Assembly: GCA_964035575.1 (NCBI GenBank)
Contig: OZ037839.1
Location: 1,922,001-1,986,000 of the forward strand
Source: Rhynchopus sp. YZ270_cl-10
Taxonomy: Eukaryota
DNA length: 64,000 nt
Direction: 5' to 3'
The notes under the pieces are model-generated. The model worked only from the letters and a program-made list of their open reading frames with translations, did no database searches and was not told the origin of the DNA. Position numbers and translations under genes: made by a program. Shown here piece after piece: positions 25,393 through 37,751 of this stretch (positions are counted from its first letter, which is position 1; each line of letters begins with the position of its first letter).

Positions 25393-26397
25393 TAAACAAC
25401 AACAAAACAAAAAAGAACAAAATAAAGTAGCAAAAACAAAACAAAACTAACTTTTCAAAGCCCCCTTTTCAAGTAGGGAAAGAGGTCGGGTTGGGACTGC
25501 AGAATGTTTTATGAGGATTCCCTCTGCCGAAGCAGTTGTGGCTGGCGTTGTCATGTTTATCATCATATCTGGAGCATACAAGAAGAGCAAGAGGGTCTCC
25601 TTTTTGTTTTTGTCATTTCTTTTCTTTATCAGACGTAAACCACGAAATGGATGCCAAAGGACTGCATCCCACCAAAGGTAGAGTACTTTGGATCAACTCA
25701 CATTATACAAAATATTTTTTTGCTCAATTTTTTTTTTTTTTTGAACTAAACAAAGGGTACATTAGTTACGATTGGAATTCGGTTTTAAAACAAAAACAAA
25801 ACAAAAGTTGCAAAAAATATTTTTTTTTTTTTTTGCATTGGCTCTCGCAGGTAACGAAGTGTCAGGTCCTTTTTTTTTCTTCTTTTTTTTTCCTTTTTAT
25901 ATTTCCCACCATCTCCCCAATCCCCTTTGCCTCCCACATTTCATTTCAAAAAGTATAAAAGACACTACACTCTTTTCTACGCTGTGTGTTCAATGGGTGT
26001 GGCGGTAGCAGCCTTCCCCCCCTCTTGCTGAATATTCTCTTGTTTAGTTGGCGAGGTGACTCAAGGGGAGGGGATCGCGACATCATTTTAGCATCCACCT
26101 TTTTAGTAAATTTACGTCATCAACAATTCACTTTTATCAACTGTCCTTTCTGTTCTCCCCTTTTCCTGGATGTTGTTGCCCGTTCAGACTACTCCGATTG
26201 GGCCTTTGGAAAAAAAAAACCCAAGAAATTTAGAATTTAAAAAAAGAAAGTGGAGAGTTGCACAACTGCGCAAACACAACCGATGCAACTACACTCCAAC
26301 AATTTATCAAAAACAAAAAGCAAAAAAAAAACCTAGTGGAGCACTCTGGGGGTGGTTGCACTGTTGTCAAAAAAAATAATAATAAAAACTATACCTA

Positions 26398-27091
26398 CCC
26401 CCCCCCGTGCATAAGTCTGCGTATAAGTCCGATTTTTGGGGGGGCTGAGGGCCTCCGGACTTATACACGGGGTTTCGGACTTATGCACGGGTATCGGACT
26501 TATACACCGGTTTTGTGCACCCAGGTACCCAGACCCATGCAGTCTCACATGACCTCAGTGTGAGTGACCCACATGTGACACCGCAAAATTTACCCTGTCT
26601 TCGTGCACCTTCGGTACAACGCCGCAAGCAGGCCAAACAGCGTTGGACTCGAGGAATGCCTGCTGTGCAGGTATCAAACATGAGAACCAACTCCCAACAA
26701 GGGGCACCTTTTGGCTGTTGAGACTGTTTGGGGTGCAAAGTTTTCCACAATGTTGCAGTAACAGGTTCACATCTTTGAGAATTGTGTGGATGATGTTTTG
26801 ACATGAGAAGCGTGAAGATGATCCCTGGTGAATACACCACCAATAAAAATAAAGTTACGCTCGCTTCGCTCGCGGAAAAACACCTCAATTTTTTTCTCCC
26901 GCTCGCTTCGCGAGCGGGAAAACGCCCCAAAAAAATTTCCCCCCACCACCAGCACAAAACCAGTGTATAAGTCGGCCTGTGCATAAGTCCGATCCTGAGC
27001 CCAAATCTTCCCGGACTTATACACGGGTCATCGGACTTATGCACGGGTCATGGGGGTCGGACTTATGCACGGGGGGGGGGGGGGGGGGGGG
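26398..27091. mobile_element. MITE family A, copy 2 (complete)
   Basis: TA-C9-GTGCATAAGTC...GACTTATGCAC-G21; matches 1-566. Confidence 0.88.
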
Positions 27092-27094
27092 TTA

Positions 27095-28282
27095 GGGGAT
27101 ACGACTCCAGCCATTTTGGCTGGGACCAAACGCACGGAAAATTCATTTGGCATTATCTGGCCATCTCCAAGGCAACTGCGGGTGAAAAACACCCTCAGAG
27201 TGGGTCACAGGGGGCCTGTGGGTCGAAAAACGACCCAGAAGCCACCCCAGAATACAAAAAAATGGAAAAAAATAGTGAAAAAACGGCTTTTTTCACGTTT
27301 TGGCCACTTTGGGCAAAATAGCGATTTTTCGAGAAAAAAATCAAAAACCGGGATATTTTTTGACATCACAAAGCCTCCTTTGGCACAAATATACCCCAAA
27401 AGTGGCCTGTGAGTCCATTCCAACCTGTTTTGGACATATTTGACACTTTTGGAAGTGTTTTTTTGGTGTTTTTAGGTCAAAAAAATGCCCAAGACGTCCC
27501 CAAGACATCCCCAAGACACTTTGCACACCCCCTGTTACGGTCATATTTTTTTCGTTTTTTTGCCTGAAACCCCCAAAATACCCCTCCCGGACCCCACATA
27601 GTCCCGAATATCCATCACACACCCACTCAGAGTGAGTAGAAGCACCCCAAAAAAAATATTTTTTAAAGCCCTTCAACTTCAACATGGATGCTGCCGAAAC
27701 TGAAGCACAATTTTAGGGCTTTAAAAAATATTTTTTTTGGGGTGCTTCTACTCACTCTGAGTGGGTGTGTGATGGATATTCGGGACTATGTGGGGTCCGG
27801 GAGGGGTATTTTGGGGGTTTCAGGCAAAAAAACGAAAAAAATATGACCGTAACAGGGGGTGTGCAAAGTGTCTTGGGGATGTCTTGGGGACGTCTTGGGC
27901 ATTTTTTTGACCTAAAAACACCAAAAAAACACTTCCAAAAGTGTCAAATATGTCCAAAACAGGTTGGAATGGACTCACAGGCCACTTTTGGGGTATATTT
28001 GTGCCAAAGGAGGCTTTGTGATGTCAAAAAATATCCCGGTTTTTGATTTTTTTCTCGAAAAATCGCTATTTTGCCCAAAGTGGCCAAAACGTGAAAAAAG
28101 CCGTTTTTTCACTATTTTTTTCCATTTTTTTGTATTCTGGGGTGGCTTCTGGGTCGTTTTTCGACCCACAGGCCCCCTGTGACCCACTCTGAGGGTGTTT
28201 TTCACCCGCAGTTGCCTTGGAGATGACCAGATAATGCCAAATGAATTTTCCGTGCGCAAAAAATGGCTGGAGTCGTACCCCC
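27095..28282. mobile_element. Palindromic fold-back element (family B)
   Basis: ~575-bp near-perfect inverted arms around a 42-bp spacer (27673-27714); GGGG...CCCC ends, TA flanks. Confidence 0.92.
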
Positions 28283-28679
28283 TAGGGGGGGGGGGGGTAG
28301 GTACCTTCCATACAGACTTTCTAAATCTGCCAAAATGCGGATTTGAGTTTCAGAAATTTGCACCCTTTTTTTTTTACCCTTTGTTTTTTGGCAGCCGTAC
28401 TGCCTCTTTGTTTTGTTGTGTTGTTGTGCTGCATATGCGGGGTTCCACACTGCGACTGGACAGGGGGGATAGTTCCCTTTTCCTCGTGGGGACACAGCCC
28501 GCGCACCTCCCCCCCCAATATCAGAGCCTCGTGGCTCTGGGCTGAGACCAGGGGACGTTTGTGTGTGTTTATACTTTTTTATTTATTTTTATGAATAATT
28601 TTTTGGTGTACATGGTCCACATGCACAAAGGGTCACACCCTGGTCATTTTACCATGTCACACCCTAGGGTCGCACAGTG

Positions 28680-28811
28680 CACGATGTTGAAGTAAATGAG
28701 TTGACGTGTGGTTTTACTTGTGTTATTTTTGTTTCACTGTTGGATAACAACGGTGAAACCACAACAACAACAAGTAAAACCACAAGGCAGGTGATTTACT
28801 TCACCATGGTG
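28680..28811. repeat. Degenerate ~130-bp hairpin (old MITE-like)
   Basis: TGAAGTAAAT/ATTTACTTCA and TGTGGTTTTACTTG/CAAGTAAAACCACA arms. Confidence 0.6.
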
Positions 28812-29590
28812 TGTTGCCGTGTACCATTCCCATCTCCAAGGGTGACCTAGCGAAGAAGCTTCGCTCCCCACCACCTTTATCTTCTACCCCTACAATATTT
28901 TTTCTAAAAAAAAAAAAAACAATGCGTCAAACCGACCATTTATTGCACTTTTTTACAGCCTTTACTTTTGAGGTAATTGTGCACAATCCCTCCACCCCAC
29001 TCTTTGCGAATATCTGAAGCTTTTGTTCTTGGCTTTTTTTTTTTTTTTTTTTTTACAGTGCCCCTGCATCGGGCCGATGCATGGTGAGGCGTTTGCATTT
29101 TCAACTTCTCTTTTTTTATGTACTTTCTCTTCCTTGATTTGACAGCACATAAAATTTTATGTCCTTTTTTTTTTTGTGGTTTGTTTTGCCTTTTACCTTC
29201 TCTCGAGCTGAGGTGTGTATATATTTCTTTGGGGGTACTTTTGTGCTTTCATAGAATGGCATCTGACGTGGTGTACTTTTTTTTTGTTGTTTGTTCTATT
29301 TTTCTGATCAAGGTGGCTGTGTCAACGGGAGGCCTCCATGCGTTCTGTTGTCAGGGGTGGGGAATTCTCAAGAATTTATTTTTAGCCACGTTTTTCAGGT
29401 GTGTTTGATAGATAATAACGAATGCAGCATTTTGTTATGAATAGAACAGGTGATACGAATCCAAAAAAAATGACTAAAAAAAAAGACCCCACCCCCCGAG
29501 TGATTTTAAGTGCGCTTTATATCACCAGATAAAGGGGTCTTTTGGCTCGCAAGCTCGAGCTTGTCTTGTCGGTACCGTTAAAAACGGACA

Positions 29591-31143
29591 CTGTTGGGGT
29601 GGCGACAAGGGGGGTCGGAACTGGGCAGTCACGAAAAATCACGAAAAATCACAAAGAATCATTTTTCTTCTTTGTGATTCTTTGCGACAGGTCGTGATTT
29701 TTTGTGATTTTTTTGCGATTTTTTGCGATTTTTTGTGATACTTTGTGATACTTTGTGATTTTTTGTGATTTTTTGTGATCGACATATTTTGAGATGAGCT
29801 TTTTTTTTGTCCCACTCTGGTAGTGTAGTGTACTGTACTCCCAATCCCCTGTGTATACTGTGTATACTGTGTATACTGTGTATACTGTGTATACTGTGTA
29901 TACTGTGTATACTGTGTATACTGTGTATACTGTGTATACTGTGTATACTGTGTATACTGTGTATACTGTGTATACTGTGTATACTGTGTATACTGTGTAT
30001 ACTGTGTATACTGTGTATACTGTGTATACTGTGTATACTGTGTATACTGTGTATACTGTGTATACTGTGTATACTGTGTATACTGTGTATACTGTGTATA
30101 CTGTGTATACTGTGTATACTGTGTATACTGTGTATACTGTGTATACTGTGTATACTGTGTATACTGTGTATACTGTGTATACTGTGTATACTGTGTATAC
30201 TGTGTATACTGTGTATACTGTGTATACTGTGTATACTGTGTATACTGTGTATACTGTGTATACTGTGTATACTGCGGAAATTGACCAAAAACGAGAACTT
30301 GTCCATTTCGGCAAATTGACCCCACCACTGGTCGGACGGATTCCGGAAATGCAAATACCGCCGTTTAAAAGCTTCACCAACGAAAACAAAAAAAAAATTT
30401 TTCCAACACATGAATGCCCCAAAACGGCATGACAACTGGTAGAAACACGGTAGGGAATCGGTTATGCAGCCACGCCGAAAAAGTTCAATTTTAAGCGAAA
30501 CTTACACACTTACGTACAACTGAGCACAACTGAGCATTACTGAGCACAATTACACCACAATTACAGCACAATTACAGCGGCCCAAAACGGTACACTTTTG
30601 TGATTTTTTGTGATTTTTCGTGATTTTTTGTGATTATTTGTGAATTTTTGTGAATTTTTGTGATCGACAGAATTTGAAAATATTTTTTTTTTTTTTTTTG
30701 TACTCAGGTAGCTACGTAGCCTTCAGGGAGGCAATCGTGTGCTAATACAGAAAGTATCAGTCAAGGCTGTCCTTACAGACGCATGCCAAAGCGGCCGCCA
30801 CATGGGTGTGGACTTTAGATTGAAGTTTCATCATTGTACTAGCCCAGGGAGGGTTCCCGGCTACCGGCGAGGTCTCTTCCAATCCGTTCCCTAGTTTCCT
30901 AGGGGGGCCTCCTTGGCTTCACTGGCTAGGGCTCTGCAGGTCCCTCCACACATGTTGTGTGCCTGCCTTCAGCACCCAGGGTAGCATACCCAGCACCTTT
31001 TACCCTCAGGTCAGACCTTCATAGAGTTTCAGGAGGAGTGCCACAAAAGGGCCCCCGGATGCAATTTAACGTCCAGCCCAGGACGAGTGAGATATTTTTT
31101 GTGAATATTTTTTTCCACACCCCCCCTGTCGCCACCCCAACTG
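29591..31143. mobile_element. Composite TIR element (family Z) containing the 9-mer satellite
   Basis: Inverted ends C(T/A)GTTGGGGTGGCGACA(A/G)GGGGGG; internal TTTTTGTGAT arrays. Confidence 0.6.
29851..30273. repeat. Perfect minisatellite (GTGTATACT)47
   Basis: 423 bp, 9-bp period, no variant units seen. Confidence 0.98.
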
Positions 31144-32410
31144 TGTTTTATATCACCAGATAATTACTTTTTTCGAAACTTGGCAAAATTATAGCAACAG
31201 CAGTAGTATATCCACTGCGCTCCCACCCTCGCCAGCTTTCTTCCGTTGCACGGTCTATGTGATGTCACTTTCAACCCTTGTTTTTACCTCCGACACTCTC
31301 AGTTTTATGGGTAAAATGTCCTGGTGCAGTGCTTTTCTCGTTACTCTTCATTTCTCAAAAAATAAACAACAACCCACAGGTCACCAGGGCCACGTTACCT
31401 TCATATCTCATCCACGGCAGACTAGCCAGGGGGACTGCTAGTAGTGCTACTGTGGTCCACATGGCTAGTTGGTGGTATTTACGACATAGTATTTGCCACC
31501 GTTGTCCGTGAAAAAAACCCCCCTCCCTGTAGGAGGTATCAAAAGCGCCCGCGAACAGCGTGTGGGTGAAGCTGCCCAATGTACACACTCTCCATTTCCA
31601 ACCAAACCCGCACGTTTGCGGGTTTGTGTTTTTGTGTGTTGCCTTTGCATTCTTATAAAACACCACTATTCTGCCTCAATACAGGACCAACCGTCACCTA
31701 CAATGACGTTTACCATGGTGCACTAGCTTTTGATACCCCCATTTCCCCCTTACTTACTTATTATCATATCCTGAAGTCAGTTTCGATTCTTTGTTGTTGA
31801 GAATTCTATGTTATATTTTTTTTTGTGTTGTTCTTTTTTGCTAAATCGTTCGCATTATGTGCAGGTGGTCCACCTGCGCAAGACGCTATTCCAGTCAAAA
31901 CGCGCACATCATAGGCATCTCCATCACTGTATCCAGGGCCTTATATAGTTGTGTTTTGTGCACGAGAGGCATTTTGCTTTTCAAAAAATATTTACTTTTT
32001 TTTTTTTCTTCTTTTCTTATTCTCTGGGATGTAACATCTCAGTGTTGTTGAGGAGCTCCACAAAGGTGACTGGCGTGGGCTTAGGTTCATCTCGCCAACG
32101 TTTCTATTCTATTCTTTTGTGAATTAGAAACGTACATGAATCATATGCTTTTGCACGTCAGTCCCTAAATTGGATGTCCATTTTTGGCTTTTCAACATAA
32201 GAAAACTGCGCTCAACAACTATATAAATCTGTCAGTTTTTGTCGCCTAAGGGGCAAAAAGAAAAGTATAGTGGAGCTCATCCTTCGGGTGTCAGTAGTGC
32301 AACCAAAGTTTTCAAAGAAAGAAAAAACGAATATTTTTTTTTTTGACACAACTTCACTTCCCGCCCGCCCCCTCCCCACACTCCATTCATCACAGAACCA
32401 ATAACGAATT

Positions 32411-33574
32411 ATGGACATCACCGTCACCCTCCGAACCACCGGCCACAGTACGGTTGTCACTGTCTGCACCGAAGGCACGGTGCATGACCTGCGATTGGCT
32501 GCGTGGCAGGCACTGGCCGACTCCACTACTTCCACCCCCACCACCGTCCCACACACCATGCAGCTCTTCCTCGACCACGGTGCGCGATCGGGAGACGTGC
32601 TAGGTGTGGATGAAGACCTGCTCAGCAGCACCGGGCTGGTAGAGGGGGCGTGCTTGGTGATGGCGGAGCAGCACCCCACGCTGTGTCCGTTCCGTTGCCA
32701 CAGCAAGGTGGAGGTCAGCGGCGTGTGTCTCTCTGTGTGTGGCAGGTACGGCGCGTTTGTGTCCGACACTACCATTCTGCTGTACGACCTGCAGACCGGA
32801 ACTGCTTTGAAGAGCATCACCCACCACCGCAGCAGCGGGACCAGACAGGAGACACCTAGCGTCACCTTTGCGACACACCGCAGCGCACCGTGCATAGCAG
32901 CGTACTTTGCCACGCGGATCACGATCTTCGACATCTACGGAGACACCGTGACAACCATCCCTACGGCACCCCTGGCACACATTGCTTGCCTTGCAGCGAA
33001 CCGCGTTGTGGGCATGCAGAAGGACGGTGTGCTTCGTGTGTGGGGGACGGAGTACGGTACAGAGCTGCTAGAGGTGGCGTTGGGGACAGTTGTGTGGACC
33101 TTTGCAGTGTCTGCGTGTGAGGAGCATGTGGCGGTGGTGAAGCCAGCAGAGGGCTACCGGGTGTATCTGTACGGTGGGGGTGGAGGTGGGCTGGCCAACA
33201 CGACGTTCGCCCGTACACTGTGCACCGAGGTGGATGTAGGCAGCCTGCACAGCGCCTGCTTCTCGCCGTGCTCCACATTCGTCGTGGCAGGGAACTACTC
33301 CGGGCAGGTCTTCATGTGGGAGCTCAGCGGTTCCTGCCTGCGCACAGTGTGCACAGCAGGCGCAGTCACCTCCTTGACGGTCTCCCGCTGTGCCCGTCTC
33401 GTCCTTGCTGCCGGCCAGTCGCTTGCCCTCTGGGAACCACACAGCGAGCGCCTGCACGAGTCTGCAGGGGCAGTGGTGGGGTTGGCACTGTCGCACTGCT
33501 CGCGTTGGATGCTCAAGACAGACGCGACCACGATGGAGCTGGTGTCCCTCGAGGACTGGGAGGCGGGGAGGTAG
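32411..33574 (+). CDS. Ubiquitin-like domain + divergent WD40 repeat protein
   Basis: 387-aa ORF; Ubl-like N-terminus (MDITVTL...TVHDLR...LSSTGLVEGACLVM); blades such as CFSPCSTFVVAGNYSGQVFMWE, DGVLRVWG. Confidence 0.87.
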   Translation: MDITVTLRTTGHSTVVTVCTEGTVHDLRLAAWQALADSTTSTPTTVPHTMQLFLDHGARSGDVLGVDEDLLSSTGLVEGACLVMAEQHPTLCPFRCHSKVEVSGVCLSVCGRYGAFVSDTTILLYDLQTGTALKSITHHRSSGTRQETPSVTFATHRSAPCIAAYFATRITIFDIYGDTVTTIPTAPLAHIACLAANRVVGMQKDGVLRVWGTEYGTELLEVALGTVVWTFAVSACEEHVAVVKPAEGYRVYLYGGGGGGLANTTFARTLCTEVDVGSLHSACFSPCSTFVVAGNYSGQVFMWELSGSCLRTVCTAGAVTSLTVSRCARLVLAAGQSLALWEPHSERLHESAGAVVGLALSHCSRWMLKTDATTMELVSLEDWEAGR

Positions 33575-33987
33575 TGGATGGGCGTTTCCTAGGTGGGTGA
33601 TGTGTTTAATACCCTCTGCGGTTCGATCGAGGTGCACAGTGCATGCGACTCAGAGATGTTTTACCCTTTTTTTTTCAAATTTCATTTGCTCTCGTTTGTT
33701 ATTGTGCGAAAGACACATGATGCAAACAACTTCATTATTCCTCTCTCTCTCTCTTGCCTATTTGTTGCTTCGCCATATCTTATTGTCACGCTTCAATCAA
33801 GAGTACGTTCTAGGTGCTTTTCGGTTTCCCATCAATCGTACGTGAATCTAAAATCTAAAGAAAAAAAAAACGCACATTCTTACAACACTACACACTTCCC
33901 CTCACATACCACACACCCTCTCCACACCCCCCACAGTAAACTTCTCTCTCCTTTTTACCTTCTTCATCCCCAACACAACATACCACA

Positions 33988-35058
33988 ATGTGCCACGGAA
34001 ACGCACCCCGTATCCACGCACTTGCCCGCAGGGGCGACACTGCTGCACTCATCGTCGCCATCACTAACGGAGCCGATGTACAGGAGCCTGCGAACAACGT
34101 CACAACCTCCCCGACCGCTCTGCACCAGGCGGCCGAGGGTGGCCACAGCAGCACAGCGCTGGCCCTTCTCGCGCACGGTGCTAAGGTGAACGCCGCCGGC
34201 GAGACCGGGTGGACACCGCTGCACGCAGCCTCCAGGGCAGACGCAGCAACGACGTCTGTCCTCATCGAGCACGGCGCCATCGTCAACAAGAAGGACAACA
34301 CCGGATGGTCGCCTCTGTACACCGCCGCCGTCCAAGGCAACACCGCTGCATTAGGTGTCCTCCTGGCCAATGGTGCATGCCCCGAGACGCGCACCGACGA
34401 AGGCAGCACCGCACTGCACGGATGCGATGAGGATGGTGCCGAGGTGCTGCTGGCATACGGTGCGCTCATTGACGCAGCTGACTCAGACGGTCTCACGGCA
34501 CTGCACTGTGCGGCCATGCGAGGCCAGCGGCGCAAGGTGGCGGTGCTGCTCAATGCTGGCGCGAACCTTCATGCACTAAGCGCGTCGCAGGAGACGCCAC
34601 TCCACTTTGCAGTCTGTTGGGACCACGTCTCCGCGAAGATGGTCTCTCTACTGTTGTCGCACGGCGCAAACGTTGCGGCAGCGGATGTCAATGCGCGTAC
34701 CCCACTCCACCACGTCGCGGTCACGCAGGGTGTCGAGAAGGCACGTCTGCTTCTCAGGCACGGTGCTGACGTCAACACGGCAGACAACTTTGGTGCCACC
34801 GCACTGCACAGAGGCGCAACCTCAGGTTCGCTTGAGATGGCGGAGCTTCTCCTGCACTACGGTGCCGATATGGAGCTGCGTGACACTGAGGGACGCGTGC
34901 CTCTCCACCACGCAGCAGCAGCACAACGTACCGGAGCCCTCGCCCTCCTCCTCGAGATGGGAGCAGGAGTAGACGAAGAAGACGCAGGTGGCCGCACTCC
35001 CACAGCCTACGCTCAAGGCAACGCAGATGCGACACAGGTCCTGAGTGATTACATTTAA
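33988..35058 (+). CDS. Ankyrin repeat protein
   Basis: 356-aa ORF with about 10 ankyrin repeats (GWTPLHAA, GLTALHCAA, ETPLHFAV, LLxHGADVN). Confidence 0.95.
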   Translation: MCHGNAPRIHALARRGDTAALIVAITNGADVQEPANNVTTSPTALHQAAEGGHSSTALALLAHGAKVNAAGETGWTPLHAASRADAATTSVLIEHGAIVNKKDNTGWSPLYTAAVQGNTAALGVLLANGACPETRTDEGSTALHGCDEDGAEVLLAYGALIDAADSDGLTALHCAAMRGQRRKVAVLLNAGANLHALSASQETPLHFAVCWDHVSAKMVSLLLSHGANVAAADVNARTPLHHVAVTQGVEKARLLLRHGADVNTADNFGATALHRGATSGSLEMAELLLHYGADMELRDTEGRVPLHHAAAAQRTGALALLLEMGAGVDEEDAGGRTPTAYAQGNADATQVLSDYI

Positions 35059-36243
35059 AATAAAAAAAGATAGTGTACCACACTCTAGGGTGGCTACACT
35101 AATACAAAACCAAGTTTTCAAAAAAAAGCAAGTCTTTGTTTTGTGTGCTCAAAACCGAAAAAAATCTACCGTTACCTTCTGCAGTTCTTAGGCTCCCGGC
35201 CGAGGTTGGGTGACACATGTTTACCTAGTTTCGGTGTAAAGTGCGACAGAAAGAAAAGAAGAAAAAGAAAAAGAAAACGCTCCTCAACAAAATGAGGGGA
35301 ATATACCTTTTCACGGGGGTGATTGTCGATATAGCAAAACGGTGTTGTACTCCTGTACAGCGATTTTTTTTTGTCGACACAAACGAGTAAAAAAGTTACG
35401 CCCCCTAGAAAAAACTGTTTTTTTTGCACTTTCAACTTTTCTTTGTAACAGAACCCCACCTCTTTATTCGAACGTTTGCAGAAGATGACAAAGGTAGATC
35501 CAAATGACACCTTCACGGGTATTATTTTTTCAAAAAATGATTTTTTTTTTTGGGCAGGGGCAGGAGGGAGGGGGGATTTTTTGTATTTATATCTTGAGAG
35601 TGTTCTTGTGTGTTGTGTGTCTCAGAAAGCAAAAGTGTTTTTACGCCTATAGCACAAAGAAGAAGAATAGAAGAAGACCTCTGTTCTTTTGTTGTGGGTG
35701 TGTCGTCTCTTGCTGTAAGATTCGTGACATGGTTTCGTTTCTGAACCTTTTTTTTTTAAATTTTTTTTATTCTTTTTTTTTATTGATATTTCAGATCATT
35801 CGTTGCTCTGTAGCGTACATAGCGGATTGGTGTTTATGATGTTTTGAGTGTTTTTTTAATGTTTTCCTTTTACATCTTCTGTTGTTGGCCGCAGGGAACT
35901 TGTGCTTTTTTTCATCCGGCTGGCTGGCATCGTACGTGGGTCAGTCGGAGTTGCCTGCACTAAAAGCTTCACTTTTTCCCCGCTTAGGCGGTATTCACTA
36001 GGGTATGTGAAGATCAATCTAGTCAGCCCTGACACAGAAGCACACCCAACAGAGGCGTGAGTGAGAGTCACACCTCTGGTGTGGGTGTCTTGAGAAACAC
36101 CTAGAGAGTACAAGAACAAAACATCCCCAAAGAAAAAAACAAACACAACAAGAGCACAAAGAGTTACAGCACTTTCAAGCCTTCTCCGTTTATTTATTTT
36201 TTCCCCTTCTTTATTTTTCTCGTTTTTACGCACACTACTTTGT

Positions 36244-36387
36244 GAGCGTCAGGTGTCACGTCGTTCACTCACCCAACCGTGCTCCGCAACACCACCACCC
36301 CAACAGGTGAGAGATAGTATGTGTGGAAGCGTCAACGCATCAAAACAACTACAAGAAATAGGGGGTGAGAGGGGAACGAAGTGACAC
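36244..36387. repeat. ~120-145 bp structured dispersed repeat, family 3
   Basis: Closing stem GTGTCAC-GTCGTTC-ACTCACCC / GGGTGAG..GAACGA-GTGACAC followed by TTTT; copies at 17497-17615, 38543-38673, 46829-46972. Confidence 0.88.
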
Positions 36388-36435
36388 TTTTGTTTTTTTT
36401 TTTTTTTATTTATTTTGGGTTGACTTCTCTACATC

Positions 36436-36522
36436 CTCAACTCCCTAAAATACCCGTTCTCGGGAATGAACCCATTTTCAAAAAATGGGTCTTAACGACA
36501 TATGGGAATTTAGGGAGTTGAG
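36436..36522. repeat. Small inverted-repeat element
   Basis: CTCAACTCCCTAAA...TTTAGGGAGTTGAG. Confidence 0.5.
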
Positions 36523-37674
36523 CGGGGTTTTCTCCATTTTTTTCTCTCTCTTTTTTTGTTCAAGGTGACTAAGCACGAGAGGCTTAGGGTCATCTTATAA
36601 ACTTTTTTTTTTCTCTCTTTTTTTTTTCTTTCCTTTTTGACATATTGTCGAATATTCGTTGGGAGGTTTTTTTTTTTTGAGTGAGAGTTTTTGCTCAAAG
36701 AAAGAGGATACAGAGAAAGAGAAAAAAAAACATTTTTTTTTTCCGTGTCATCTTTTTTGAGCTTTTTTTTTGCTCTCACTTCCTTCCAGGGAGTATGCCT
36801 GCTGTCTCTGAGGCTTTTCACTATTTTAAGAAAAGTATTTTTTTTTATTCCTCTTCTTTTTCTTTTTCTTTTACTCTTATTTTTTTTTTACGTTTTGCAA
36901 AACATGTGGCATAAAAGGAAAGATGGGATCATTTTTGTTGATCCCTATACCTATGCTATCAATTTCATTGATTGCATATGATGAAATACTTCTTCTTTTT
37001 TTTTTTGGCCAAGTGCCTGTATCCGACGATGTACGGTGAGGCGTTTGCACTTTCCAACTTCTCTTTTTTTTTTCTTTTTTTTCTTTTTTCTTTTTTCTTT
37101 TTCCTTCTTTTTTTTCTTCTCTCCCCAACACCTTTTATTGCCTTTACTTCATCTTCTTTTTAAATCTTGGTCTTATATTTTATATTTTGCTTTTTTATAC
37201 TATTCACTAATCATCCCCATTCCTGAAAAAAAAAAAAACATTGCTGTTTATTTGCCTTTTGTCTTTACATTTTCACCTTTTTCTTATCCTTCTTTCGTTC
37301 ATTTTTTCTTTTCATTTTATTTATTCATATTTTTCTTGTCTTTTCACACTTTACCCCCCTTTTTTATTCCCCTTTCTTTTGCCCTTTCCATCCTCCTTTT
37401 TACTCGAAAGATTTAAAATAATGTGCACGAATAAAGGTTCTACCTTTTATCACATCGTTTTTACTTCCGTTTCCCCCCCTTTTTTTCCCCCCCCTTCTCG
37501 GGATTTTATGTTGTTCTGAAAGAAAATAGTTTTCTTCAGAACACCAAAAACCTCCCACTTCATCCCCTATTTTCCCAAAAAAAGGGGGAAAAAAAATCAA
37601 AACAAAAACATACAATAAAAGAGCACAATGCAAAAGTAAAGCACTTCATAAAAAACCCTCCTTCTCTTTTGGTT

Positions 37675-37751
37675 GGGTGTCCACCCCCCAACCACCGGTG
37701 CACCATGTACCAAAGGTACACTGCCGCGAGAGGGCTTTTGTATTTCAAGTC
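37675..37751 (+). repeat. ~75-bp dispersed repeat, family 5 (TGTACCAAAGGTACA hairpin...TATTTCAAGTC-An)
   Basis: Copies at 39758-39838 and 42210-42282. Confidence 0.75.

Noticed and set aside
27095..28282. Large palindromes B and D as assembly chimeras
   Set aside because: They have unique spacers, arm differences, TA flanks and, for D, an insertion in one arm only; read support is still worth checking
29639..30435. Long ORFs (YTQ)n, (VYT)n, (HSI)n, (CIL)n
   Set aside because: Artefacts of the stop-free 9-bp satellite
33988..35119. Ankyrin gene as a retrocopy mobilised by the adjacent family-1 tail
   Set aside because: The tail has its own immediate duplication (AAAAAAAG), and no SL relic or matching TSD is visible upstream of the gene
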